A stretch of 64,000 nt of DNA from Alkalispirochaeta sp. (GCA_965601925.1 OZ271854.1:1728001-1792000), one strand, 5' to 3'; positions 19,825 to 30,465 are shown, counted from the first letter of the stretch. Notes: a model not told the origin generated them from the sequence alone. Made by a program: numbers and translations.

Positions 19825-21498
19825 TCAGCGTTCGCTCTCGTAGACTCGGCGCGCGATCGGCATCCGTCGCCCCGTACCGAAGGCCCGCGGAGACACCTTG
19901 AGGACCGGCGGAGCTTGACGGCGTTTGTACTCACTTCTGGCCACCAAACGCAGGACGTCGGCGACGGTAACGGCGTCAAAGCCGTCGGCCACGATCTCGG
20001 GAAACGTCTGATTACCTATGAGATATCGATGAAGGATTTCGTCCAAAATTTCGTATGGAGGAAGACTATCTTGGTCGGTTTGATCGGGACGAAGCTCCGC
20101 GGACGGCGCCTTGGTGAGAATTGCAGTGGGAATCACCTCGGAATCTCGATTGAAGTGTCTTGCGAGGCTGTACACTTCGGTCTTGAAGAGGTCCCCGATC
20201 ACCGCCAGACCGCCCGACATGTCACCGTACAACGTGCAGTACCCTACCGCCAGTTCGCTCTTGTTGCCCGTCGTAAGCGTCAGGGAGCCGAACTTGTTGG
20301 ACCACGCCATCAGCAGGTTGCCCCTGGAGCGCGCCTGGATGTTCTCCTCGGCGACTCCCGGTTGAGTACCCGCGAACTCGTTCTCGAGGACGCTCATCAT
20401 CGCCTCGTAGATCGGCTGAATCGGGAGCGTAGCGCTGCGAACCCCCAAGTTTACCGCGAGCGCCTCGGAGTCGGTGATACTGCCGCTACTGGAGTGTCGT
20501 GAGGGCATCAAGAATACGGTCACCCGCTCCGGCCCCACCGCGCGTACGGCCAACACCGCGACGACCGCCGAATCGATGCCGCCGGACAGCCCCAGATGGA
20601 CGTGAGAGAAGCCCGTTTTTGCCAGATAATCGCGGATTCCCAGCACCAGAGCGCGTTCTATCTCCTCGTAGCGCTCCTCGGCGCCCGGTATACGAATCGA
20701 GTGTCGCGAGTCGGCGCCGCTCCGATAGAGGTTCGTGCTATCGATGATTGCGATGTCTTCCTCGAATCCGGGAGAGAGATGATAGAGCTCCCCGGACGAG
20801 TCGGTCGCCATCGAGTATCCGTCGAAGATCAAACTGTCGTTGCCGCCGACTACGTTGCTGTAGAGCACCGGCACACCGCCGGTCCGTCCGATCGACCGTG
20901 TCAAAGCGGCTCGTATTGACGGCTTCTCAACGTGGTATGGGCTTGCCGACGGCGCCAGGATGAGTGTTGCGCCACCGTCCAACAGATCGTGGACCGGATC
21001 GATAGGGTAGCGTGTGCCGGGAACCGGTTCTACCTCCCACCAGATGTCCTCGCAGATCGCGATGCCGATCCGTACGTCTCGATAGTGCCATATCGTGCTT
21101 TCGGTGGCCGGCTCAAAGTAGCGCGCCTCGTCGAATACATCGTATGTCGGGAGCAACCGTTTGGCTTGGCGAAAGGCGATCTCGCCGCCCAGGAGTATCG
21201 CCGCAACGTTCTGAAGGCTCTTTCCGGCGGCCTGTGGGCTACGGTCGACGTAGCCGACGACCGTCGCAATGTCGGGCGGGAGAGTGTGCTGTAACCACCG
21301 CAGCGCCTTCAGATTTTCTTCGACGAAGGCGTCGTGGTCCAGAAGATCCATGGGCGGGTAGCCGCACACGCTCAGTTCCGGTAGAAGTACCAACTCCGCC
21401 CCTTCCGAACGCGCGCGCGTGGCCGCCTCCAAGATGCGTGTTCGGTTCCCTGAGAAGTCGCCAATGGTGCTGTTGATCTGTGCGATAGCTAATTTCAC
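19825..21498 (-). CDS. nadE: Glutamine-dependent NAD+ synthetase
   Basis: Nitrilase domain (PELSVCGY, KRLLPTYDVFDE, ICEDIW) plus synthetase domain (LSGGIDS, NKSE, KAPSAEL). GTG start at 21498 with GAGGT SD. Confidence 0.95.
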   Translation of the reverse strand: MKLAIAQINSTIGDFSGNRTRILEAATRARSEGAELVLLPELSVCGYPPMDLLDHDAFVEENLKALRWLQHTLPPDIATVVGYVDRSPQAAGKSLQNVAAILLGGEIAFRQAKRLLPTYDVFDEARYFEPATESTIWHYRDVRIGIAICEDIWWEVEPVPGTRYPIDPVHDLLDGGATLILAPSASPYHVEKPSIRAALTRSIGRTGGVPVLYSNVVGGNDSLIFDGYSMATDSSGELYHLSPGFEEDIAIIDSTNLYRSGADSRHSIRIPGAEERYEEIERALVLGIRDYLAKTGFSHVHLGLSGGIDSAVVAVLAVRAVGPERVTVFLMPSRHSSSGSITDSEALAVNLGVRSATLPIQPIYEAMMSVLENEFAGTQPGVAEENIQARSRGNLLMAWSNKFGSLTLTTGNKSELAVGYCTLYGDMSGGLAVIGDLFKTEVYSLARHFNRDSEVIPTAILTKAPSAELRPDQTDQDSLPPYEILDEILHRYLIGNQTFPEIVADGFDAVTVADVLRLVARSEYKRRQAPPVLKVSPRAFGTGRRMPIARRVYESER

Positions 21499-21502
21499 GC
21501 CG

Positions 21503-21532
21503 TTGACCTCGCGATGTCGCGCCAATAGTATA
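21503..21532. promoter_or_regulatory. Back-to-back promoters of nadE and the SDR-like gene
   Basis: Plus: TTGACC(21503-21508)-17 bp-TAGTAT(21526-21531), 8 nt before ATG 21540. Minus: TATACT at 21532-21527. Confidence 0.55.
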
Positions 21533-21539
21533 CCGTAGC

Positions 21540-22196
21540 ATGGAAGACGCCATCCTGATAACGGGCAAGCAGTCGAGCTTCACCGACGACCTCGTCCAAG
21601 AGTCGCTCGGTCGCAGGCTGCGCGTCTTCGCGACTCACGATGCCGGAGACACCGCGCCCGAGATACCCGACTCGTTCGGCGATACGCTTCGTTACATCGC
21701 GTGGACGCGTCGCTCGGTCCTGTCGGCGCGTTCAATGTTGCTTAATGTGGAACGGGAGAGCGACCGGGTGGGGCGTGCGATCGTAGTGTGCGCGCCCGAA
21801 GGGATCAACAAGCCGCTTCACCAAACGGAATCGTCGATTATCGAAGAGAGTATCGACGTATCGCTCAAAGGGTATCTCTTCGTCATTAAGGAGATCATCG
21901 CGTACTTCGCCCGACTCGGAACGGGCGATCTTACCGTGGTATGGTACGACGGCGGCTCTGAGATCGTGCCGCCGCTGGATGCGAGCCTGGCCGGTGCCGT
22001 CCAAAGCCTCACGCGATCGCTGTTGGCGTTTTACGAGAACGAGTCGGTAACGATCCGCGGGTTACAGGCGTCCGACAGCGACGGACGCGCCGTGGCGCGC
22101 TGGGTGCTGGATCACGCGATCGATCGTGCGGAGAAGTCGGCCGGGCGATGGCAGAAGTACGGCCAGAAGATGGGAATCCTACCTTTCAAGCGATAG
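21540..22196 (+). CDS. Degenerate SDR/Rossmann-fold-like protein
   Basis: SDR-like secondary-structure pattern (ILITG start, ..IDVSLKGY.., ..LTRSL..), but lacks GxxxGxG and YxxxK. Confidence 0.55.
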   Translation: MEDAILITGKQSSFTDDLVQESLGRRLRVFATHDAGDTAPEIPDSFGDTLRYIAWTRRSVLSARSMLLNVERESDRVGRAIVVCAPEGINKPLHQTESSIIEESIDVSLKGYLFVIKEIIAYFARLGTGDLTVVWYDGGSEIVPPLDASLAGAVQSLTRSLLAFYENESVTIRGLQASDSDGRAVARWVLDHAIDRAEKSAGRWQKYGQKMGILPFKR

Positions 22197-22251
22197 ACCC
22201 TCCGGCGACGCCGGTCTTAATTTCTTGGGCCCTGATTGGAGACGCAGCACT

Positions 22252-23475
22252 GTGAAAACATGGGTTAGATATGTAGTGGGTACGATCATCGGTGTCGTGC
22301 TGGGCATCGTCCTGCCCATCCGAGGTGGGGATACCCTTGCGTTGTTGGCGCAGCTTTCTTCCATCGTCGTTCGGCTCGGAAGGCTCCTCGTGTTCCCTCT
22401 GGCCTTTTTCTCGATCATTGTCGCGATCGACGAGCTCCGCGAGAGTCGGCGTCTTTGGAAAACACTCTACTCGACCGGGACGTCCCTCGTCGCGGCGACC
22501 TTTGCCGCCGTCGTCATCGGCGCTCTGGCGGTCGTCGTCTTGCAGCCGCAACGCGTTCCTCCCATGGTACAGGAGGGGCAGTTGGCGCGGCTGCCCAATG
22601 TGCTCTCTCTCATAGAGCAGGCGCTTCCCGGAAACCTCTTTCGCGTGATCGTCCTGGGAGACAACGCCTTGGTCATGATTCTCGTGTTGGGTGCGGCGAT
22701 CGGCGCGGCGTTGCATTTCGATCGTGAAATCACCTCGCCGGTCTCATTGGTCGCCGATTCGGCCAACCGCATTTTGTATCGCATCAACGGCGGCCTCTCG
22801 GCGTTGTCCGGTCTGCTCCTCGCTATTCCCGCCGCCATGGTAATGGTTCAAATTCGCGTAGTCGAGGACCTCTTGCTCTTCGGGCAGTTTTTGTTGGTCG
22901 TGTCGTCATCGGCATTGTTCGTGGGTCTCGTGGTGTATCCCGCCGTCATATATCTCCTCGATCGTAGTAATCCGTCCCGTTCTCTCCGGTGGCTGCGACT
23001 CATGACCGGCCCCGGCTTAGCGGCTGCCGCAAGCGGCGATGTATTTTTTTCTCTCGCCACCATGACTCATACGCTCAAGGAAGATTTGAGGGTTCCCCGG
23101 CGAGTCGGAGGAGCCGTTGCGCCGATAACGACGGTGTTCGGGAGGGCGGGAACGGCGCTGGTGAGCGTCGCCGGATTTCTTCTCGTGATTCGTTCATACA
23201 CCGCCCTCGATGTCGGGTTCGGCGAGGTAGTGCAGTTGATCGCCGTGGCGGTGATGTACTCGTTTCTCTTGGGACGATTTCCCGCCGGTGCGGTGCTCGT
23301 GCTTCTCAGTTATCTTGCGGCGCGCTACGGCCGCGGCATGGAGGAGTCGTACCTCATCCTTCTCCCCGTTATGCCGCTTTTGGAACGCGTCGGAGCGTGG
23401 TTGGACACGATGACCGTCGGTCTCGTGTCGGAGATCGCCGCAGGGCACTCCGGGCGGTCGCGCGATAGTGGGTGA
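22252..23475 (+). CDS. Dicarboxylate/amino acid:cation symporter (DAACS) family, divergent
   Basis: Multi-TM; RLGRLLVFPLAFFSII, LPGNLF, GTALV patterns. GTG start at 22252. Confidence 0.75.
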   Translation: MKTWVRYVVGTIIGVVLGIVLPIRGGDTLALLAQLSSIVVRLGRLLVFPLAFFSIIVAIDELRESRRLWKTLYSTGTSLVAATFAAVVIGALAVVVLQPQRVPPMVQEGQLARLPNVLSLIEQALPGNLFRVIVLGDNALVMILVLGAAIGAALHFDREITSPVSLVADSANRILYRINGGLSALSGLLLAIPAAMVMVQIRVVEDLLLFGQFLLVVSSSALFVGLVVYPAVIYLLDRSNPSRSLRWLRLMTGPGLAAAASGDVFFSLATMTHTLKEDLRVPRRVGGAVAPITTVFGRAGTALVSVAGFLLVIRSYTALDVGFGEVVQLIAVAVMYSFLLGRFPAGAVLVLLSYLAARYGRGMEESYLILLPVMPLLERVGAWLDTMTVGLVSEIAAGHSGRSRDSG

Positions 23476-23498
23476 TTGCGACTCTTCGCGGCGTTCGA

Positions 23499-24290
23499 TT
23501 ACGGCGCCGGTCGGCGGGTAAGATTCCAGCGTACACGCAGTCCGTAGCGTAGCATCGTCTCGTCGAGAAACGGACTGTCCTCCCGCCGCGCCCAGATGTT
23601 GTAGATCGGCACGTACCATTGCAGCCCTGCGCCCATCTGGAGGCGCTCGGTGAATCGGTAGTCGGCCGCAAGGCCGACGTACGGATAGATGAAGCGTCCG
23701 GCGATCCAGTAGCTTGCGACCGGTCCTATCTCGCTGCCGTCCACACCGGCAATCGGTATGCGAAAGATGAGCGCGAGCCCTGCGGACCCGTCGAACTCCC
23801 ATCCCGGCGTCGTCGTCGGACGCATGGTATAGACCCACGGCACCGCCAGCGCGAGGCCGATCGTATTGGCGATATCGCCCACGACGCTGCCGGTCTCGAT
23901 CTGTGTGGGAACCGTCTTATCGTACTCGTTTAGAGCGATGTACTCCTGCATGTACACCCACGCTTCCGGCTCGATCGACATCGTATCGTTTAGACGCAGT
24001 TCGAACCCTCCGCCGAAGCTGAAACGAATCGGACTGACGTCGCTTCCCTGAACCTGCCGACCGTCGCCGTCGGTGGTAAAGCCGTTGTAGATCCAGGTCG
24101 GCATCGCCGTAACGTATACTTGTGACATGCGTATACCGAAGATTTGCGCACTCGCCGGCACGGAGGATAGAAGAATGAAGAGGAGGCTCGTCGAGACCAC
24201 CGCACCGAGGCGTCGATACGGCGACCGCAAAACGGCGTGAAACTTCACAATCGAGACTATAACACACACCGCGGCCGTTTGCCGCTTCAT
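23499..24290 (-). CDS. Putative outer-membrane beta-barrel protein
   Basis: Signal peptide (LLFILLSSVPASA-Q) and amphipathic aromatic-rich beta strands (FSFGGGFELR, YVGLAADYRF, YGLRVRW). Start uncertain. Confidence 0.55.
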   Translation of the reverse strand: MKRQTAAVCVIVSIVKFHAVLRSPYRRLGAVVSTSLLFILLSSVPASAQIFGIRMSQVYVTAMPTWIYNGFTTDGDGRQVQGSDVSPIRFSFGGGFELRLNDTMSIEPEAWVYMQEYIALNEYDKTVPTQIETGSVVGDIANTIGLALAVPWVYTMRPTTTPGWEFDGSAGLALIFRIPIAGVDGSEIGPVASYWIAGRFIYPYVGLAADYRFTERLQMGAGLQWYVPIYNIWARREDSPFLDETMLRYGLRVRWNLTRRPAP

Positions 24291-24315
24291 GCGCGGTGCA
24301 CGCTGCGGTCGGTGA

Positions 24316-25752
24316 CTAGTAGCTTTTGGCGAACACCGCCATGTGGCGCGCCGGTTTTCCGCTAATGAGGCACTGTGCACCGGCCGCTTCTTCCTCGTTT
24401 CCGAAGGGAAGGACTCTGATGGTCGCTTTCGTCTCTTCTTTTACCAGCGCCTCGGTCTCCGCCTCGCCGTCCCAGGGGATGACGGAAAACCCACCGGGGC
24501 CGTCGTTATACAGCGTCTTGAACTCGGCGTAGCTCTTCGGTCGATGGGTATTCTCCGCTCGGAACGCCTCGGCTCGTCGGAAAAGATCGGCCTGGATTTC
24601 GGTAAGGAGCGCGGTAACTCGCTCGACGACGCCCGACATCGGCGCCGTCTCCTTTTCTCCGGTATCCCGGCGCGCCAGAGTCACGTGTCCCGCCTCGATG
24701 TCGCGCGGGCCCATTTCGATTCGTACCGGTACGCCGCGCATCTCCCACTCCGCAAACTTCCAACCCGGTGAGTTGTTCTCATCGTCGTCGAACTCGACGC
24801 GAAATGTACCGGCGAGCTTTTTGTACAGGGTGCGCGCCGCTGTAAGTACCTCGTCTTTGTTCTTGTTGCGGAATATCGGTACCAGGACGACTTCGGTGGG
24901 GGCGAGCTTGGGAGGTAAGACGAGCCCCTTGTCGTCCGAGTGTGCCATGATCAACGCGCCGATGAGGCGCGTCGAGACGCCCCAGCTGGTCGCCCAGACG
25001 TGCTCGAGCGTACTCTCGCGACTCTGATACTGTACATCGAACGCCTTGGCGAAGTTCTGACCGAGAAAGTGCGACGTACCGGCCTGAAGCGCCTTGCAAT
25101 CCTGCATGAGCGCCTCAATCGCGTAGGTCGCGACCGCACCGGCGAACTTTTCGGACTCGCTCTTGATACCGGTGAGGACCGGCAGCGCCATGTACTCTTC
25201 GACGAAGGTGCGATAGACCTCGAGCATGCGCAACGTCTCCTCGCGCGCCTCCGCTTCGGTCTCGTGGGCTGTGTGCCCTTCCTGCCAGAGAAACTCCGTC
25301 GTACGCAAGAACAGGCGTGTTCGCTTCTCCCAACGGAGAACGTTGGCCCACTGATTGATGAGTAGCGGCAGGTCGCGATACGACTGAATCCACTTCTTGT
25401 ACATACTCCATATAATCGTCTCGGAGGTGGGGCGGATCACCAGCGGCTCCTCGAGCGCCTCTCCGCCGCCGTGTGTCACGACCGCGAGCTCCGGTGCAAA
25501 CCCTTCGACGTGCTCGGCTTCTTTTTTGAGGAAGCTCTCGGGAATGAGGAGGGGAAAGTACGCATTCGTGTGGCCGGTGTCCTTGAACATCGTGTCCAGG
25601 GTGCGTTGAATGCGCTCCCACAGAGCGTACCCGCGCGGGCGGATGACCATACTGCCCTTCACGGGGCTGTAGTCGGCCAACTGCGCTTGGAGGACGATGT
25701 CTATGTACCAGTCTGAGTAACTCGTATCTCGAGAAGTGATGCGTTCTGCCAT
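24316..25752 (-). CDS. proS: Proline--tRNA ligase (archaeal/eukaryote-like type)
   Basis: [51 protein letters not shown]-terminal FAKSY. Confidence 0.96.
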   Translation of the reverse strand: MAERITSRDTSYSDWYIDIVLQAQLADYSPVKGSMVIRPRGYALWERIQRTLDTMFKDTGHTNAYFPLLIPESFLKKEAEHVEGFAPELAVVTHGGGEALEEPLVIRPTSETIIWSMYKKWIQSYRDLPLLINQWANVLRWEKRTRLFLRTTEFLWQEGHTAHETEAEAREETLRMLEVYRTFVEEYMALPVLTGIKSESEKFAGAVATYAIEALMQDCKALQAGTSHFLGQNFAKAFDVQYQSRESTLEHVWATSWGVSTRLIGALIMAHSDDKGLVLPPKLAPTEVVLVPIFRNKNKDEVLTAARTLYKKLAGTFRVEFDDDENNSPGWKFAEWEMRGVPVRIEMGPRDIEAGHVTLARRDTGEKETAPMSGVVERVTALLTEIQADLFRRAEAFRAENTHRPKSYAEFKTLYNDGPGGFSVIPWDGEAETEALVKEETKATIRVLPFGNEEEAAGAQCLISGKPARHMAVFAKSY

Positions 25753-25763
25753 GACGTTCCGGG

Positions 25764-25792
25764 AGTGTATGGTCAAATCATCATGGCGTCAA
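25764..25792 (-). promoter_or_regulatory. sigma70-type promoter of proS (near-leaderless)
   Basis: TTGACG(25792-25787)-17 bp-TACACT(25769-25764), 11 nt before ATG 25752. Confidence 0.6.
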
Positions 25793-25802
25793 GTTTTGTC
25801 GG

Positions 25803-26504
25803 TTAGCGCATGCGTACCGTTTCGACCATGTATCGCACGCGCCGTCCCGCCGATGTCTCGGTAATGCGCTCAACTACCACGACGAGGGAGCGTTCGTCGG
25901 GTGCGACGATGACTTGGTTAATCTGGTAGCGGTTTACGCCGTCGCGAAAGTGGCCGGGGCGACCGACGCGGTGCTCGGTAACGGTGCCGTCTGCGAACTC
26001 GGTCGTTACATCGAGGTAAAAGGCGGCGCTTCCCGTCTCACCGTCTCCGCGCGACTGTTGCGTAAGCGTGATCTCGTAACGGCTTTGAGTATCGAAATCG
26101 CGAAACTCGAGCTGCTCGCGCGGCTCTTGGCCGTTCACCAGAATGTAAACCGGGCGCCCCTGAATGAGGTGATCCACGTGATAGCGCCCGACCGTCTGCC
26201 TGAGGTCCGGCAGAAGATTATACAAGGCGCCGCTCCCGTCCTGTCCGGGAGAGAGCGCCACGTCATACTCTTCGGCGGCGAGACCCGAGCGAACGAACAC
26301 GTTGTCCGGCACGTCCACCGTGAAGATCTCCGCATACGGTCTACTGTTCGTGCGGTTGATTCCGTGCTGGGCAAACATGAAAGTCTCGGAGTCCGGCGAG
26401 AAGCCGAGATTGACGAAACGTGCTACATCGCCGGCGTGTGCGACGCCCGCGGCGGTAAAGGTCATGAGAATGAGAGATATGAAGCGTATTGTGCGTTGAA
26501 CCAT
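25803..26504 (-). CDS. DUF2259-like secreted protein
   Basis: Signal peptide, then AGDVARFVNLGFSPD..FMFAQHG; C-terminal RYMVETV. Confidence 0.75.
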   Translation of the reverse strand: MVQRTIRFISLILMTFTAAGVAHAGDVARFVNLGFSPDSETFMFAQHGINRTNSRPYAEIFTVDVPDNVFVRSGLAAEEYDVALSPGQDGSGALYNLLPDLRQTVGRYHVDHLIQGRPVYILVNGQEPREQLEFRDFDTQSRYEITLTQQSRGDGETGSAAFYLDVTTEFADGTVTEHRVGRPGHFRDGVNRYQINQVIVAPDERSLVVVVERITETSAGRRVRYMVETVRMR

Positions 26505-26585
26505 GCAACCGTTCCTCTGCTCTATTGTATCGACCATTATGACCACCCGCTGAAGTTTTTTGAAAAAGTCGCTATAGTGTGCCCG

Positions 26586-27392
26586 ATGACTCTCGCTGCC
26601 CGTAATCTTACTCTCCGCTTTGCCCTTTTTGTACTACTATTCGTGAATATCGGCGTATTCTTCATATTCATCGAGCAGGTACGCGGCGGGAGTTACGGCG
26701 GTGTAGTCGAGGATCTTTCGCTCAATCAGCTCCTTGCGCTGTCCGCCGTCATGGTGAGTTGTCTCTTCGGGTTCGTCTTTTCCATGGTCTATATGCGACT
26801 GTTTCGGCGTACCCCGTCCCTCTCGGTTTTTTTCGTGACGTGGTTTTTTCTCCTTATGAGCTTCGACGTGTCCAAGATCGGACAGATTCTTCTGCCCGTG
26901 AGTCCATGGCCGCACTTCGCCTCCTTAGTCGCTCGAGTGACGATTTTCGGCCACATCATCGGCGTCGTCGCCCTGTTCGGTGCGGGTTTATACGCAGGGG
27001 GTGTGCGCATGCAGCGCCACGGGACCGCCATGTTCGTCGTAGCGATGATCGCCTTGGCGCTGAGCGCCTCGATTCCAATCGATACGTCGAGTCTTCCTCG
27101 CCACCTCGTATACCAAGCGGGTATGCGATCCTCGCTCCAGGCGACGTTGGTATTGCTGCTCGTCGTCGCGGTCGTCAATTACGTCCAGGCCGCGATCGGT
27201 AAGCAGGATTATCGGCAACTCATGTCCGCCCTCGCTGTCGCTCTCGTGGCCGCCGGAAGAGAGATACTCTTTTACTTCATCGAACCGCTATGGTTGGTGT
27301 TCGGATCGACCGCGTTGGTCGTCGGGGCTATTCTCTTCGCGGCGCAGAATTATCGTGACTTCCTCGTACCGGAGCTTCGGCCCCACGGGTAG
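26586..27392 (+). CDS. Hypothetical integral membrane protein (about 7-8 TM)
   Basis: Hydrophobic from ATG 26586; TATAGT at 26573-26578 lies 7 nt upstream. The longer ORF from 25914 overlaps the DUF2259 gene. Confidence 0.65.
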   Translation: MTLAARNLTLRFALFVLLFVNIGVFFIFIEQVRGGSYGGVVEDLSLNQLLALSAVMVSCLFGFVFSMVYMRLFRRTPSLSVFFVTWFFLLMSFDVSKIGQILLPVSPWPHFASLVARVTIFGHIIGVVALFGAGLYAGGVRMQRHGTAMFVVAMIALALSASIPIDTSSLPRHLVYQAGMRSSLQATLVLLLVVAVVNYVQAAIGKQDYRQLMSALAVALVAAGREILFYFIEPLWLVFGSTALVVGAILFAAQNYRDFLVPELRPHG

Positions 27393-27442
27393 CCCGAGAC
27401 GCCGAGGCTACATACGGTGTCGCATTCTAAAGAGGAACTTCT

Positions 27443-28057
27443 TTACAATATGAGTGAAGCGGCGAGGCCGACACCGACGGGCAAAATGAGATTGTCGGCG
27501 TCGCCGGTCGGCAGCGCCTCCAAACAGGCGGCACTTCCGGCACTGAGGAGAGCGACGACGGGGGATGGGTAGACCAGATACGCGCTTATCGCCACCGCAC
27601 TCGCGCAGGTGAGACTGCCTTCCAGCGTCTTACCTCCGGTCCACGGGATGCGAACGTGGCCGAAGAGCTTGCCGGCAACGCTGGCGAGCCCGTCTCCGAA
27701 GGCAAGCGCGTAAATCGCGATCGTCGCCGCCGGGTTGGGATAGAGGAGCAGCGCGAGCATCGAGCCGATGCCCAGAGTAATCGGCCCCAGAACGTACCGA
27801 TCGGCGTCTCGACTCCGTGAGGAGAGCTCCGTCAGTCGAGATATGAGCCAGACCGAGTGCCCGGCGCGTCTACGGCTCTCCGCGTACGCGTAAAAAATCG
27901 TTCCGATACCGAGGAGGACGAGCGTTACGCCCGTGCCCGCGAACGTGGCAACGGTCGGCACCATGGCTATTGAAAGGTGAATCGTTTTTCTGATTAATTC
28001 AGTTCGCAGGTCTTTGGACAATCCGTGTCCCGATCTGCGAAGGACAATTTGCTCCAT
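27443..28057 (-). CDS. Dolichol/phytol kinase-like (CTP-dependent polyprenol kinase) membrane protein
   Basis: ELIRKTIH, AFGDGLASVAGKLFG, GKTLEGS, DNLILP. Confidence 0.8.
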   Translation of the reverse strand: MEQIVLRRSGHGLSKDLRTELIRKTIHLSIAMVPTVATFAGTGVTLVLLGIGTIFYAYAESRRRAGHSVWLISRLTELSSRSRDADRYVLGPITLGIGSMLALLLYPNPAATIAIYALAFGDGLASVAGKLFGHVRIPWTGGKTLEGSLTCASAVAISAYLVYPSPVVALLSAGSAACLEALPTGDADNLILPVGVGLAASLIL

Positions 28058-28189
28058 CGGTGAGAGATATGCAATATGCGTGCCATCGACGGAGTAAAGA
28101 AGAGTATTGTGTAACTATCTATGGGAGAACACGATATGGTGATGTCGTCGGATTGTGTGTCCGCCGATAACCGAACGGTGTGTAGTTTT

Positions 28190-29626
28190 GTGCACACCTG
28201 TCTTCATAAATTACTACCCTTGGTCGTGTGTCTGACCGCTGCGGCCTGCGCAACCCAGCCGGTTGAACTCCCGCCGATGTCGGACGAGTCCGATGTCGGC
28301 GAGGTCGCGTCCGGCCTGCGTACACGTGAGCGAACACCTGAGTACATCGTCGAGCGTTCGATCGATCGGATTATCGCGACCATGACGGTACGTCAGAAGG
28401 CCGGGCAACTCCTCATGCCCGGGTTACTGTTCGATTCGGCGGGACGCCCGGTAGTGGAGATGAACGATGAGTTGGAGCGACTTCTTTCCGACGTCGAGCC
28501 GGGAGGGTTCATTCTATTTGCGCCGAATGTCGACGATCCCGAGCAGCTTCGCTCGCTTGTCGGCCACATGCAGGCCCGCAGCTCGATTCCGTTGATTATC
28601 GGTATCGATCAAGAGGGCGGTGTGGTGCGGAGGATCGTACCGACCGACTCGATGCCCGCCACGGCAATCCCGGCGGCGCGGCGCGTCGGGCGCGCGGGAG
28701 ACGTCGAGCTCGCCTATGAACTCGCCCGCGTCACAGCGCGGGAACTACGCAGTCTGGGCATTACCATGAACTTCGCTCCAGTTGCCGACGTGATGACGAA
28801 CGCCGGCAACCCGGTCATCGGATCGCGCTCCTTCGGCTCCGACCCCGATTTGGTGGCGGCGATGGTCGAGGCGACGGTCATCGGCTATCAAGAAGAGAAC
28901 ATATCTGCCGTGCTCAAACACTTTCCCGGGCACGGCGATACCGACGTCGACACGCACCACGGCCCGGCTGCGGTGATGCACGATCTTGCCCGGTTGCGCA
29001 GCGTGGAACTGATTCCTTTCGCTCGAGGAATCGAGGCCGGCGCAGACGGGGTAATGACCGGACACGTCGGCTTTCCCACGATAACCGGCGCCATGACACC
29101 GGCGACGATGGAGCCCGTTATTCTGGAGTCGATTCTTCGGGACGAGCTTAGCTACGAGGGCGTCGTCGTGACCGATTCACTCGTTATGGCCGCGTTGACG
29201 GCGCAGTTCGGTGAGCGTGAGATCCCCGTGCGCGCGGCGGCGGCCGGTGCCGACATCCTCCTGAGGCCGGCTCGGCCGCGAGAGGCGTTGAATGCACTCC
29301 TCGACGCGATAGAGGCGGGACGGATATCGGAAGAACGAATCGACGCGTCGGTCCGCCGCATTCTGCGGGTGAAGTTCCGGCGCGGTCTCATGGCCCCGGC
29401 CGCTGCAATCGGCGGCCTCGAGCGTGATGCATCGCCGTGGATAGCCTCCTCGTTCGGGAGTGATTCCTCCATGCGACTTGCGGGCGTCGGTCGCGACGAT
29501 ACGTTGTTTCTCGTACCGCGGCGATTCGTGCCGGAAGAGATGCTTCTCGGGATTCCCGAGCATCGAGAGATCGCCGACCGGATTTTTGTTCTGGGCGCGC
29601 CGGGTGGAAGCACATACGGGAGGTAG
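28190..29626 (+). CDS. nagZ: GH3 beta-N-acetylhexosaminidase, lipoprotein
   Basis: IDQEGG, NFAPVAD, GSRSFG, KHFPGHGDTDVDTH, VTDSL; lipobox-like LTAAAC. Start uncertain (28121-28190). Confidence 0.85.
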   Translation: MHTCLHKLLPLVVCLTAAACATQPVELPPMSDESDVGEVASGLRTRERTPEYIVERSIDRIIATMTVRQKAGQLLMPGLLFDSAGRPVVEMNDELERLLSDVEPGGFILFAPNVDDPEQLRSLVGHMQARSSIPLIIGIDQEGGVVRRIVPTDSMPATAIPAARRVGRAGDVELAYELARVTARELRSLGITMNFAPVADVMTNAGNPVIGSRSFGSDPDLVAAMVEATVIGYQEENISAVLKHFPGHGDTDVDTHHGPAAVMHDLARLRSVELIPFARGIEAGADGVMTGHVGFPTITGAMTPATMEPVILESILRDELSYEGVVVTDSLVMAALTAQFGEREIPVRAAAAGADILLRPARPREALNALLDAIEAGRISEERIDASVRRILRVKFRRGLMAPAAAIGGLERDASPWIASSFGSDSSMRLAGVGRDDTLFLVPRRFVPEEMLLGIPEHREIADRIFVLGAPGGSTYGR

Positions 29627-29628
29627 CA

Positions 29629-30465
29629 ATGGCACGAACGCGAGGGGTGCGAATGGACGGTGCTCACGCGCTTGTCACGGGCGGAGCTCGAGGAATCGGA
29701 CGCGCTACGGCGGCGCGGCTGGTCGCAGCCGGCGCCCGTGTCTCTTTGTGGGATCTCGATGCGGATGCACTCGATCGAGCGCGTGGAGAGCTCTCGGCAC
29801 GCGACCGGCCGGCGGCCGTTCATACCGAGGTATGCGACATCACCGACCATGAAGCGCTGAGGCGTGCCCTCGACGGTTCGGTCGCCGCCCTCGGCCCGGT
29901 GGACATTCTCATCAACAACGCGGGGCATCTCGCCCCGGGGCGAGTCGAAGAACAAGCGCCCGACGTGTGGATGAAGACCCTATCGGTCAATATCGCCGCG
30001 CCGGTTTACCTCACGCGTCTGGTGTTGCCGTCGATGTATGAGCGCGGACGCGGACACATCGTGAACATCAGTTCCGCCGCCGGTGCGATCGGCGTGCCGT
30101 CTTTGGCCGTGTATTCGGCGAGCAAATGGGCCGTGTGGGGCTTTTCGGAGGCGCTGCGGGCCGAGGCGGCGGAGCGCGGCGTCATGGTAAGTTCCATTCA
30201 TCCCTCCTACATCGCACACGGCATGTTCGCCGGCGCACGCTTGCGCGGCGTGGGTCGCCTGCTCGTGCCTCTTCTGCGCTCTCACGACGTTGTGGCCGAG
30301 GCAATCGTACGGGGGGCGTTGAGTCGCGGACGCACGCGAGTGATGCGTCCGCGTTCAATTCAACTGGCGGTGCTGCTGCGCGGCGTCCTCCCCGATCGGT
30401 GGTTTAATCGCCTCATGAAGCGCCTCGGTGTCTGGGCGAGCATGTCGACGTGGCGCGGTAGATAG
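29629..30465 (+). CDS. Short-chain dehydrogenase/reductase
   Basis: TGGARGIG, NNAG, YSASK. Confidence 0.9.
   Translation: MARTRGVRMDGAHALVTGGARGIGRATAARLVAAGARVSLWDLDADALDRARGELSARDRPAAVHTEVCDITDHEALRRALDGSVAALGPVDILINNAGHLAPGRVEEQAPDVWMKTLSVNIAAPVYLTRLVLPSMYERGRGHIVNISSAAGAIGVPSLAVYSASKWAVWGFSEALRAEAAERGVMVSSIHPSYIAHGMFAGARLRGVGRLLVPLLRSHDVVAEAIVRGALSRGRTRVMRPRSIQLAVLLRGVLPDRWFNRLMKRLGVWASMSTWRGR

Noticed and set aside
25914..26585. N-terminal 224 aa of the 492-aa ORF 25914-27392
   Set aside because: Overlaps the DUF2259-like gene on the opposite strand; the hydrophobic protein and a -10 box point to ATG 26586.
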